Positions 40,163-52,148 of a stretch of DNA of 64,000 nt are shown here, piece by piece. Position numbers and translations under genes: made by a program. How positions within the stretch are numbered: the stretch's first letter is position 1; every line of letters starts with the position of its first letter. The notes under the pieces are model-generated. The model saw nothing but the letters and a program-made list of their open reading frames with translations. It was not told where the DNA came from and did no database searches. The stretch lies in NCBI GenBank assembly GCA_002633005.1, contig NMRA01000001.1, positions 1,211,755-1,275,754 of the forward strand. Direction: 5' to 3'. Origin of the DNA: Phoronis australis. Taxonomy: Eukaryota; Animalia; Phoronida.

Positions 40163-40481
40163 CAGGGGCGGATCCAGGATTTTAAGTTAGGGGGGGGGGG
40201 GCGGGCAGGACACAGGAATAGCCAAAATTTCGGCAGACGCGCGCGCTCAGCCTAAACTGTAGGGATGCAGGGGGATCGAATTTTTGGGTTTGCGGACCAT
40301 TTGACAAAAAAAAAACTGTAAACTGGGTTTGTTCAGGGCCTATGCATTGTCATATTCACCCCCTCGAGCCCCCCTGGGTGCGCGTATATGCTAGTCAGTA
40401 ATTCGTACCCCAACTGTCAAATGGCATCTGGTAGAGTTTTAGGGGGGCCATGGCCCCCTACCCTCCCTAAATCCGCCAATG
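40163..40481. mobile_element. MITE with CAGGGGCGGAT-type ends and 5-bp TSD
   Basis: TAAAT|CAGGGGCGGATCCAGG ... CCTAAATCCGCCAATG|TAAAT. Confidence 0.5.
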
Positions 40482-43309
40482 TAAATTGCTACAAGTATGT
40501 GTGGCAAGATGTATCTGAAGAAATTTCTAACGCACGATGTTCATGTCAGTGAAACTTGTGAGCCTTGCAAACAGAAAAGCAATATTAATGAAACGAGTTG
40601 AAATTTTGCGTGAAAAAATGGGGAAGAGTTGATGAGTCTGATTATTTAAGTGACACATCAAGCTGTCAGAACTGTTTCTAACAGGACAAAGTTGAATTAA
40701 CTAGTGGACATATTTCCAAATCTAAAGTCTTCTTGATTTTGTTCTTCATAAGGATGCCATTTTCGGTCGCTTAGCAAGCTTTTGAGGGAACCGCGCGACA
40801 TGCAGTTGGATGCCACTAATTGGCGGGACAGTGTACGGGAGCATTTCTGAGTGGGTATTAATTAGTTTCGGATACAGCAACTGAAGTGGACCGTCCTCTT
40901 CCCGAGTGCCCGATCCTGATGCCTACAGGGCAGCGTGAATGTGGCAATAGAGCCTGATGTCCACCAGCTTCAAAGCCCCTTCGGCTTTTGGGACCTTAGT
41001 TACCGGGTCACGTTTGGATCGAAGAAAGTGCGACTTTGACAGGAGCCGGGTGTGAAGTTGTTAAATTGCGGGTATGCTCAAAAGTTAATAGTCACTTTTA
41101 GATATTTAATTGCTCGGACGGGCCCCTTTTAGTGCGACTTTGGCAACGAGAGGAGGCCAGCTAGGCATTCCATGGGCACGGGGATTATCGCTAATGGTAA
41201 ACTGGGATACTCCGCGCTCTTTTACTCTAGGCAGCCAACTCGACAGGAGGACCTCTTTGTAAGTGCACTGTCTCACTTGGCAAAACTTGGTGTTTCAAAC
41301 CTTTAAATACATGCCTTATATGTGAGTCTTGTTTGCATTTCGGCAAATGTAACGAAAATGCTGCTTATAAGAACGGAAAAGCAGCTTTCGCTGGCCGGGC
41401 TCAAAGACACAAAAGCCACTAGGCATTGGTCCGCCTATCAGATTATTTAAACGAAATACGTACACTGTCGATAAACCATTTTTTAAAACGGCTTTACAGT
41501 CCTTTCTCCAGGCATAAAGCTTAAATTAACGTCATCGCTTTCGAAATAATATGCTTTGTCACTCAGTCGGTCCCCGGCCGTGACGGTCAGCCAGTGACAG
41601 GCAACCATAGTGAGTCTAGCCGTGAACTACCACGATCGAGTTCACGCACATGCTAATCAGTCTGATCAAATCAGATTCTAAGAAACTAGGCAAGGCAGAT
41701 TTTATATCATTTGATTAACGATCTAAATAAAAGTTCTTTTTATGCAAAACCAGGGTTGAAAGCACATTTAATGCTCCCCGTGTTTGTCTGTTGAGCTCTT
41801 AATCGAAATAGGGTTTAGAAAACATTACTACCTGTACTAGATTTTTAATTATTATCAGGAACATACAAGCCAGAGCTTATAACTTTTAAAACATGAAAAA
41901 CATTCAAGGACTTTTAAATAGTTTTGTAGAAACACATTTATTTTGGCATGACTTCCATCACTACATAATGAGGCTAAATCGTTGTGAGAGACCGTCCCCA
42001 GTTGGTATATTGTGCAACTCCGGACGGTCTGGGGTCAACAAAAACCACAGTTCTACAGTGTGAATCTACACCAATGCGATAAACAAGAGTAGATCTACTT
42101 GCTGAGTCAGCTGCAGGTATGCTTATCTCTTTTATGACACACAATGCGTGACTGGGCAAAACAATGTGGATAAATCAGTGGATTGTGAGATCCCTGAGGT
42201 CCCTGTCAAGTCCTCACGACAATTCTACGTAATGAATCCTTATAAGGGTAGTCCCCAAAATAGGGACAGTCTAGATCATACCCTTATAGGCAAAATGACA
42301 TGGAGGCGAAGATAGCTGTCAACATGATATCAGAGGAAATGTACACTATACAATGGCTGAAATTAAGAAATTGGCAGAAATAGTGAGGCATTCACTCGTT
42401 ACTAACAATGTTTTAGGGAGTGTCTGTCCCTATGAACAAATTATTTTGGTCTTGGATCAAAGTTAAAAGCACAAGTTAACTTGCAGTGAACAAGGTGGAC
42501 ATTTAACAGTGGAGTGTCTAATGCTTTGATGAGGTAAGAAAGGTAAGCATCAGTATAGAGTTATCGGTAGTTATCGGCAGGTGTGGCTGTAAATAACAGC
42601 ATATGTTGAGCTAGTATTTGAAATTTTATTCAAATTAAATTACCATTCTTCAACTTCATTTCATTTATCGGATCCAAGCATATACACGATATGTCATACT
42701 TAAAAATGCCTACATAACATTTTCGGAGCACCATGCTGTGATAACTTCAGTGGCCGTTATCTACCAAAAACCAGTGTGAAAGGTTCAACTAATAACAATG
42801 CAGTACCAGATTTAAGTTAACATGAAAATATTCTTACATTTTTACAGAGACAGTTTATAAAAGTGGTCGATGAAGAACATCATCAAAAGAGAATATAAAC
42901 ACCAGAATGTCTAGTGTGCAGCAGCAAATTTTCACATGCTTGTGACCACAGTGCAAAACAAAAGTAATCAAACTAGATACAATTTCCCCGTCATTACGCT
43001 TAATGCTTCCAGAAAAAATGACAGGCAATGACTGTTATAGTGGCAAAATCCTAATTACAGAATGGCTTGGTCACCTTTCTAACTTTCCTGTTAACTTCTC
43101 GGCCGTGAGGGAAGGCTATTCTAACAATCAGTTCCACTTCCGTCCAGCCGTCATGATGGGGGATTCCACGTTATTTTGTCTACTGAATACTTTTGGCCTG
43201 TATTGTTCCGCGACCGCGCAAACTTTGTCCAAACACAGGTCTCAGATTCATAGACCACAACACACTAATGTTTCTGGCTTAGCATGATCTTAGATAATAC
43301 AAATATTCA

Positions 43310-43575
43310 TTATGTAGCTCTCAGCATTTTAGCACTCCTCTGTTCTTCAAGAACCCTTTCTTGTTCCTCAATCTCCAGTTGTCGTTCCTCCAGAAATTTG
43401 GCATATTCTTCAGCAGTTAGTTTTGGCACTACTTTAAGTCCTATTTTATGAGCACAGCAAATGATATTTTTACACACATTCTCGAGAGTAACACACTCCA
43501 TGGATGGGTCTTGACTTTTCACAAGAGCGATTTCATAAATGTGCTTCAGAGTAACAATACCAGCAACCTCTTGTC
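43310..43575 (-). CDS. MRPL11: Mitochondrial ribosomal protein L11 (uL11m), exon 4
   Basis: GQEVAGIVTLKHIYEIALVKSQDP...IICCAHKIGLKVV..L.AEEYAKFLEER; tctttctag acceptor; stop TAA. Confidence 0.95.
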
Positions 43576-44372
43576 CTAGAAAGAGAATTTTGATTACAAG
43601 GATGCCGACAAGAAATTTTAAGCCTGCCAGGTACACTGTACAAACACGCCTTCCGTCACATAATTAACTTTTTGATTTAGACCACTTACCGTTATCAAAT
43701 TGGTCTCAGATAGTTCCATAGTCAAAACAAGAGGTATTTCTGAACTTGGAAAGACCGGGCAGTTCATAATTGTTTGAACGCAGGTGCAGCAGTTTACCTT
43801 GTCACAGTAAGTCATTTTATTTGCCTAGCATAGTCTCTGCCAGTTCTTTGCAGCAATTGAACCAAAAATCACTTCTCATCTGAGTAAGGAGTTGAGACCA
43901 ATTTTATAGCCCGTGGTAAGTTGTTTAAACCAAAATCTAGTTTCTTCGACAGAGCACAGGCTTATTTCCGCTATAAGTTTATGTAATACAGTCATTTTCA
44001 AAACAGTATACAGCTTTATTCATGATCTGAATTCTTTTCTCTGAATGCTCAGATTCTGCCGATTATTGTTCTTTATGCACCGATTCATCGTTTCGTGCGA
44101 GTACTATTTTGGTACCAGTGCCCAACACATACTTGTCAACTACTGTTTCACCCAGAGATGGGCAGTTCATGGAAAAGTTTGACAGTGGTGCACTAAAATA
44201 TAATCTGTGGCAAACGTAAAACAGCGATAACCACAGCAGTTACATAACTACCTTTATTTATTTGTTTGTTGTCATATTTAAAATGAGGGTGACCTCTTCA
44301 GTGATAGCACTGCTTTCCAAGAGGGCCCTCAAAAGAGGGTCCACAATCAGCACCATGTGCAATTGGTGTTAC

Positions 44373-44466
44373 CTGGTTTCATGGCGCCCTTTGATGCGCC
44401 AGCAGCTTTCTTCAGCAGGTAAGCTGTGGGTGGACTTGTGAATACAATTCTGAAAGTTCTGTCAGG
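44373..44466 (-). CDS. MRPL11: MRPL11 exon 3
   Basis: PDRTFRIVFTSPPTAYLLKKAAGASKGAMKP(G); ttttag/gtaac; phase consistent. Confidence 0.95.
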
Positions 44467-45097
44467 CTAAAACAAAAAATAAACAATATAACAAAAATAA
44501 AAGGCAGGCAGAAACTTTAAGTATTGAAAAACAACATTTTCAAGCCAGAAATGAGACTTGGTAGTGGCTAATTAGACTGCACAGACACACTGGATGTCAT
44601 TTCCACAAAGTACTTATATGCTGCCGGCTTGTTAGTGGCTGTCCACACTGATATAGCGGTGTGAACATCCACTATCACACAACTCGACTTTCTATTGTCC
44701 GTGTGTGATTTTGGAGAAATTTTTACTGTGGCGAGGCACAGTTTTAAACATCATAAATTTAGCTTGGACTGTTATTTTTGATAGAGTGCGAGCACTTGAT
44801 TCACTCTGCTGCGTTGGTTTGTAAGATAGAAGTCGTCACGAAGAACCAAATCAAATGCCTCAGCAGGTTGATTGGGCTGAAGAGGAAGTGTGAATCAAGT
44901 ATAGCTATTGAAACATAGAACATTTAGCATAAATGGAGTTGGTGATTGCAAAAAAGGCAACTGTAAATTCAAAATTTAATTCTGGAACAGTAACAATGAA
45001 AAACTGTAGAATAAATCTGGATTTAAACAAATGATCATCAAATGGGCTCAGGCATACGTGAAAGGAAAACCTTATTTAATCAAATTGACCCACTTAC

Positions 45098-45193
45098 ATT
45101 GACGTGTATTTTTGTTGGTAAAGGAGTACCCTCTATGATATGTGCCGTCTTCTCGTTGAAATCTTTACAGAACTGTTGGATGTTTATTCCTCG
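45098..45193 (-). CDS. MRPL11: MRPL11 exon 2
   Basis: [32 protein letters not shown]; ttgcag/gtaagt. Confidence 0.95.
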
Positions 45194-46321
45194 CTGCAAT
45201 TAAAAAGGAATACATCATAACTGAGTGGAATCAGGAGCCAGATGAGACCATAAACTGCCATTTTGCTAAAGCTGTAAATATGCTCCACTTACTGCTGGCC
45301 ACGAAATCAAGAATTTGCTATAATTATTATCAAACTGGACAGGTTGTTATTGTATTAATTCTATGTAGTTTGATGTCAACATTCAGTTGCAATAGATCAG
45401 TAGCTCGCAATTAAATTGAATTAACGAAATTTTTTAATCATTTTTCGGCATCGAAATTATCTGGATGACACTGGCAATTAGGCCAAAATTTAGGACAAGT
45501 GACTTAGTTTTTATCTTTTTCCACACAGGTAAATAGAAGGAAAAATAAAATTCAAAATGGAAATACGACTACAAATGTTTTTCTACTGAATTTGCAACCA
45601 TTCTGCAAATAAATGTTAATTCTAGCTTTAAAGTTGCAGTCTGTGAGTGACTGCTATCTTTCTTCGTTTGCCTGACACATGAAGCACCACCTCTCAATAG
45701 TGGCAGACTACATCGCCATCTATCGGTCACTAACAAACTTACTGCGGACAAGCGCAAACAAATACGGCTTGGCGTTGAAGTGGCAGTAAACTCACCTTCC
45801 AGCACAAAAACAACTATTGAATTTGATCTTTTAACCATTATGAAATTGGTCTCAAATTGTTTGTTAGTCAAATCAGGTTATAACGGCTCATCCCATTGGC
45901 TTGTCCATGCATAATTTTACGCACCATGCAGGCATGGTCTCACAAGCAATAACGAGCAGTCAAAACTCCTTTTTCATGTGAGTAAGAATCAAGGCATCTT
46001 CATCATTATGCATAAGCCATAACCCTTAATAGCCACTTTAGCTGTGAATGTATTGACTTGTATGACACACAGAGTTCCCAGTAGTGAATAAAGGCTTCGC
46101 TAATTCATCTGCCAATGAGGGAATGAGCAATTGCCTCGTAATGCCCAACCAGTTTGGACGCTCCAGTAGCACGTTGGCAACCCGGAAAGTTTATTGGTTT
46201 GGCAACAACAATGGAACTAATGGAAGACACACACATCATTCACGTGCGAAGCTTTCAACAGAACAGAAACTAAGTAACAGATGCAACTTTTTCATTTTGT
46301 ATGTTGGAAACTACATATTAC

Positions 46322-46465
46322 CTGGCCTAATTGGGGGCCAAGTGGTGGAGACGGCATCGCCTTGCCAGCAGGAATGGTAACAGCCAAAAAGGGCGGATGG
46401 TTTATCTTCTCCGCAACCTTCTTTGCTCCTTTCACAGCCTTCTTCAAGCCAGCCCTGGCAGCCAT
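46322..46465 (-). CDS. MRPL11: MRPL11 exon 1
   Basis: MAARAGLKKAVKGAKK...TIPAGKAMPSPPLGPQLGQ (uL11 PxPPLGPxLGQ motif); gtaata donor. Confidence 0.95.
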
Positions 46466-46708
46466 TTTCTTCGAGCGCCCCCTGTCAACTGGTCAAGAAA
46501 CTTGTGAGCAAATGCACATTCATAAACCCTAAATTTGAAAACAGTTGGAAAATATATTACATAATAATTTTCACAGAGAATCTATGTCTTGTTTTCAACC
46601 GTCAAAAAGCTCAAAATATACGCAACTTTTATGATTTACTAATTGCCCACCACATATCGCATGTGTGTGCAATACAGAACAGGGTAAAGTTGAGCGTGAA
46701 GATTAAAA
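46466..46708. promoter_or_regulatory. Putative bidirectional promoter/5'UTRs between MRPL11 and the SAP-domain gene
   Basis: Two ATGs facing away from each other only 243 bp apart; both in AAAATGGC (YY1-like) context. Confidence 0.65.
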
Positions 46709-46805
46709 ATGGCCGACGGTAGTGCACCGGCGTTGGAAGATCTGAAGAAACTTCGGGTTGTTGACCTAAAAGAGAGGTTGCATGCTCTTGGATTGACTAC
46801 GTCAG
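46709..46805 (+). CDS. SAP-domain, Q/E-rich protein (possibly SF3B2/SAP145), exon 1
   Basis: MADGSAPALEDLKKLRVVDLKERLHALGLTTS(G): first half of a SAP motif; donor gtactg, phase 1. Not in the ORF track. Confidence 0.85.
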
Positions 46806-47265
46806 GTACTGTAATTACTTACTTAATTAAAAGAGAATTCCATTAGACCATATATCGTAAACAACACAGAGCTCGGCATTAAAGCAAAATGCCAACTGGT
46901 GTGCAGTGCGGTTACGGTCGTTGGGTTACGAAAAAGGCGCACACTAGTGATTAGACAATGGCCATCGTCTCTGCTGGAGCAGCCAGCAGATACGATGGAG
47001 CTCCTGTAGGAGCTTCATACGCCGGAAGATTTTCGGTGGATTATGCCGCACACTGGCTAAAACATCACAGTCACTTTGTTACACAGGCACCTGGCCCTCA
47101 ACAACTATACACTAAATAAAGAGAAAGGTACTGTTGTAAATTGTGGCTACTTAGGTTCTACGGTGCTACTTACCCTTGTCCATTTCTTGACTTTATACGC
47201 GCTGTGAAACACACGTCCTCTTCTCATGGAGGACGACACACGAGAGAGCAGGTCCAGCAGCTCCC

Positions 47266-48607
47266 TAGGCAATGACCATCGCCTCTGTTGACCCGAACCA
47301 GAGGCGATGCAGAGGCTATAGGCGCTCTGTACGCCGGAAACTTTTCGGCGAATTATGCCTCGCACCGACTAAACCATCAAAGTCACGTTGTTATAAATAC
47401 CTTTTGCGCATAGAGGAACACCTTAGGAGGTTGTCGATGTGTTTAATTCCTTCCAACTCGAACAAATACTCCCGTTATGAAACATTTTCTTCGAGCAGTC
47501 CCTATTTCAGTTCCCAAAATCGTGAAATCAACATTTTCATTTTTTTAACCAGGCCGAAGGTCAGAAGTTGCGGACCTACCGGCGAACTTTGAAAGCTGAA
47601 GTTCCCGCCCTTCGCGTACATGCTGCCGGGAACCAGTCGTGCATTTGCCGTGTTGTTAAACATTAAAATGTCAAATATGTGCACAAAGACTATTAAATGT
47701 CATATCAACAGCATTTATTTTTATCAAATACAAACAATAATTCATTGAAANGCCCGACCAGAGGCGATGCAGCTCCTATAGGAGCTCCATACGCCGGAAG
47801 CTTTTCGGTGAATTATGCCTTACACCGACTAAAACATCAAAGTTACGTTGTTATAAATACCTTTTGCGCATAGAGGATCACCTTAGGAGGTTGTCATTGT
47901 GTTTAATTCCTTCCAACTCAAACAAATACTCCCGTTATCAAACTTTTTCTTCGAGCAGTCCCTATTTCAATTCCCAAAATCATGAACTCAACATTTTCGC
48001 CAAGAGATTCTTTTAGCCAGGCCGAAGGTCAGAAGTTGCGGTCCTACCGGCGAACTGAAGTTCCCTCCCTTTGCATACGTGCTACCGGGAACCAGCCGTG
48101 CATTTGCCGTGTTGTTAAACATTAAAATGTAAAATATGTGCACAAAGACTATTAAATGTCATATCAACAGCATTTATTTTTATCAAATACAAACGATAAT
48201 TCATTGAAATTCCATCAGTTTCAAGTAACGCCAATTAAAGACAAGTAGTGGTGGCATTTTGGAAAGGAACATTTGACTGACAAGACCGCAATGGCTCACC
48301 TTTGGCCTATTTAAAGATTGAGGTCATGAAGTCACATCACCTAGCTAGCGCGGTAAAAATTGGAGCGTGTGCAGTATAAAAATGGTGAGTTCACGATTTT
48401 GGGAACTGAACGAGTGACTGCTCGAACAAAAAGTTCGATAATATATTAAGTATTTGTTCGAGTTGGAAGGAATTAAGCACACCGCCAACCTCCTAAGGTG
48501 TCCCTCTATACGCAGAAGGTATTTATAACAATGTGACTTTCATGCTGAGGGCCTATAGGAGCTGCATCGCCTCTGGTCGGGCCAACAGAGGCGATGGTCA
48601 TTTCCTA
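47266..48607. mobile_element. Younger long-TIR non-autonomous element (TAGG..CCTA, Academ-like?) inserted in the 3' LTR
   Basis: TAGGCAATGACCATCGCCTCTGTTG.. and ..CAACAGAGGCGATGGTCATTTCCTA with ~250-bp inverted arms; CCC on both sides where the intact LTR has CCCC; internal duplicate across N at 47751. Confidence 0.8.
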
Positions 48608-48711
48608 CCCAGTCACGTGACATATAATATATCCGGTCAACCATAGCACTCATACGAACAAGGACGGACGACATTGAAACTGGACAACAATACCTACCTA
48701 GGTTCACGACA

Positions 48712-48726
48712 CTCCTCCCCTCCCTA
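48712..48726 (-). other. Polypurine tract of the LTR element
   Basis: AGGGAGGGGAGGAG on minus strand directly abutting TG of the 3' LTR. Confidence 0.8.
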
Positions 48727-49327
48727 AAAATAACTAAATAATCTGATTGAAAAAAAAACTAATGAGGAGTGAATGTGAACAGGAACTAAAAAAACTATAA
48801 CTACTTCCCCCCCCCCCCCTACCTAAGTAATAGTTAGTGGACAAACAGCCTCAATAATGAGACATGTTAGTACAAACTATGGCGTCCTGTAACTAAAGTA
48901 TAAAAAAACAATGTGACGGGGGGTCCTAAACTAAGATTAAAAAATGTGAGGAAAAATGAGACAATTCTTGGAAAAAAGTCAAAACAACAAAATAAAAACA
49001 AAATGAGCCAATAATAAAAAAAACTGAACGTTGAGTACTCTAATTGTCAATTAAACTAATAAAGAAACAGATTATCAACTTAACACAACAAAATTAATAA
49101 CAATAAGGTAGCATAACTTGTTGAAACTGAGCAGACCTACCCGCGAATGAGTATCCCTGGATCAGCCTTTTTTTGATGTGACTGAAAAAAAAAACAATAG
49201 ATTTTTAGAGGAATGTCAAAGGTAGTAACTGGTAGCTTTTTGCTACTTCCCGTGAACTATTAAAAATTAACTACAAAGCTATGCTACTAAACAAAATGAA
49301 GCAACGCTGAATTCAACGTCGACGAGT

Positions 49328-50919
49328 CTACAGCTTATACAATCGGCGGGCATTCCTAGCGGTTTGACGAAGGACTTGCGAAACGGTCGTGCCACGATGT
49401 TTGGCCACCACCTCAGCCACCTCTCCTATGAATTGGAAGATAATTTGGACGTTCCTTCAACGACAAATGTGGTGCGTCGGTCTCCAAAGGGAGACGGTCT
49501 TCAGTTACCTTTGCAAGGCATCAACTTGCCATCAAGTGAAGGTGTTACAATTGTTGGAAAACCCGAAATAGCAGTTCGGGAACTGTTGGCAAAAATTTAC
49601 TACAGCGTTGGTATCCCTGGTAAAAGTGTAGGTGGATCCTTTGGGTCAATGGAAGAAGATCCGCAACAATGTTGAACACGGTTCGGAAGTCCCAGTCGTA
49701 GTGGGAACCAGGGGAGGCCGAACGGATATGGAACACCAAAGTCTTGTCCTTTACATTTCCATGGCGACGAGTAAGGTTTGCGAAGTCGCGGAGTAGATCT
49801 TCAATGAAACGAGCCTGTTCACGTTCGTTACCCATGGACTGTTCAAACCCTATTTCGCCAAGACCTGCCACGGAAGTTTCCCGGAGAAGCTGAAAGTGTT
49901 GTTCTGGCAGCCTCCTAGAAGTTACTGACTTGTTTTGGGTGCACGCCTACCACCGCTTTGAACCCTTGAGAAAGAGCCCTCACGTAATCCTTGATAGAAC
50001 GACGATGGTATTCTGCTGGATTGCAAAAAACAATGATGCCACCCACCAGTTTAATAGGATGCGACGAAGAGCGGTGAGGGGTCGCATCAATAAGGTCCGG
50101 TATGGACAGAAAACGGCTGTTACAAATATTGCCTTTTGAGCGGTAAGCTGCCGTCAAACGGTCAATATGGAAATGGGAGTCTATAGCAGACTCTAATGCT
50201 TGAGGTGATGTAGCTGGCAGAAATACAGGAGCTTTGAATGGTGCTCGAGCAGCACTCGCGTAGGTCTTTATGGTAGAAGACGTGGTCGATTGACTCACAC
50301 ATGGCGGAGCTAAGGACTGTACATCTTTTGAACCATAGTCGTATGACAGGGCCCACACCAAACAGTTAGGTTCTGGCACGCGCGCCATCAGATGCAGCAC
50401 CACAAACCATGCACAGGCCAGGGTTTGTAATCTTCCAGAAATTGACAAAGGTTTTACCGGCATTGGCCACCCCAGTACCCGGCACGAGATCATTAGGTGT
50501 AACTCGTCTTCTATAGTTACACGGGGCAGCTTGGCAACGCTGCGGACGGCCAAACCCGCGAGTTCGAGAAGATCTTCATAGTTGCTCATTACTCGCCCTT
50601 CAATCTGCCAGAACAGAGACTTAAGTGCTTCAAAATGGGCATGTTGCACCTCATTAGATGAAAGGCGACACAGTGAGTAGACATCAAAAACTGCCGGCAG
50701 ATGATTTGTCAAGGCGTGTGACCGTAAGAGGCCCTCTCCGGCTGAAAAACTACAGAGTGGACAAATCAGATCTCCCGGCTTTGGTTTACGATTGGGAGGT
50801 GAAGGTGAGGATGCAGATGCCTCACTAGAACGATTAGATAGAGGTGGCGGGTCTCGCTCACTTCTAGATAGAGCTACAGATTGGTCAACTACTGACTTGG
50901 CAGCGTCAGTAGATTCCAT
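49328..50919 (-). pseudogene. Zn-finger + TatD-family nuclease, frameshifted, inside the LTR element
   Basis: CPLC..H..H; AIDSHFHIDRL; VGVHPK; GLGEIG; LVFHIR; RIHLHFY; FPNCYFGFS; DRLPLETDAPHL; FIGEVAEVVAKHRG..V..QTARNARRLYKL*: all TatD motifs in order. Confidence 0.9.
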
Positions 50920-50947
50920 AGGTTCATCTTCCTGAACTAAATCTGGA

Positions 50948-51539
50948 CTACTTACACCAGTTATTCCCTTCTCTACAAAAAGATACGGACTTCAGTGAAT
51001 TGGAAGTAGCCATCAAGTCTTTGGTTGTTGAAAACCACCTTGCGGCATTCAAGTCAGCCATGAGTGTGCTTGGTCGACTGTTTATAACCAACTGCGCAAC
51101 CTCTCTATACCGTAGACTTAAACAGAACCGAAGAACCGCCTGAGCTTCATCAGAGTCCCTCGCCTCTGGAAATGCCAACAAGAATAAACTTGTAAGGCGG
51201 TGAGCCCATTGAAGTCTGCTTGGCTGACTGGAACCTAAGTTGGTGTACTTCATTGCACTCGACATCTGCCCCAAAACGATAGATCATATGATCCACAATT
51301 TGGTCGAAACTTGAGTGTGGATGAGCTTTAATATGGTTGAAAAACCAACGAGAGGCATCACCTTCCAAGCACATGCCCAGCTCCGTTCTACATTTTTGAC
51401 CTGACCAAAAATTGTTTCGGGCAACATTACTGAATTTCCATAGAAAATCCTCCCATGTACCTGACAGGTAATGAGTGCCAGAGCCAGAGGGCGTAGGTGA
51501 CATGTTAGTATGCGAATGAGTCTGCATAAGCAATGCCAC
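50948..51539 (-). pseudogene. Gypsy-type Gag/capsid-like region, one frameshift
   Basis: SGTWEDFLWKFSNVARNNFWS...LGMCLEGDASRWF...SFDQIVDHMIYRFG...RFQSAKQ / WAHRLTSLFLLAFP...AVLRFCLSL. Confidence 0.8.
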
Positions 51540-51873
51540 TACCAGTCTTTGACGACGGAGTCAGTTTAGCTGCCAACTTGGAAAATAAATAGTCAGGACT
51601 AGAGGTAAGTATAGAGGTTTTCTTACCATATTCGTCACAAACCTTGACTACTTCCTCCAAATCTTCTGGCAGACCACATGGGACTGTAAAGTCTATGGAC
51701 TTTTGCAGAGTCTTGGTTGGCTTCCAGCTGCAATGTATCTTGCACACATTCTCCGGAGTAATAGCCAATATTGCTCTGAAGTCCATAACTGCAGCAGCAA
51801 CATTAGCAGTCATACCCGGAAGGTCCAACAGTGTTTCAGCGTCACAAGAATTGATAAGAATCTTGGACGTCAT
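51505..51873 (-). pseudogene. N-terminal helix-hairpin-helix (ComEA/HhH_3-like) segment of the element ORF
   Basis: KILINSCDAETLLDLPGMTANVAAAVMDFR resembles ININTAxxEELxxLPGIGxxxAxAIIxYR. Confidence 0.6.
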
Positions 51874-52137
51874 TATAAGGTGCCAAAATTAGGTGTGGCA
51901 CTAGGGAAATAATAAAGTCTGCAAAGACTGAAATACCAAACAAATGATACCTATAGCATTTATATTTACCAGACAAAAATGAAAAATCAAGAATGTAATA
52001 AACGAAACAGCTGAACACCCATGTTCAGTGACCTACCTGCTATGACACGGTAGGTACCGAGCGACAAAGAAAAACAAATCCACGAAAGATACTTTGAATT
52101 ACGCGCCACTCGGTGTAAAGGTAGAAATTGCACGTAG

Positions 52138-52148
52138 CAACTACACCA
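52138..52148 (-). other. Primer binding site, probably decayed tRNA-Ser type
   Basis: TGGTGTAGTTG 2 nt after the 5' LTR; equals TGGCGTAGTCG (complement of tRNA-Ser 3' end as I recall it) with two CpG>TpG changes. Confidence 0.55.

Noticed and set aside
40960-41195. RNase MRP-like pairing (AAAGCCCC / ACGGGGATT)
   Set aside because: Departs from the GAAAGUCCCC / GGGGCUCA consensus and no supporting helices could be identified.
49328-50919. Bacterial contamination or a host TATDN gene as the source of TatD
   Set aside because: It lies between LTRs, next to Gag, inside an intron of a spliced animal gene, and is intronless and frameshifted.
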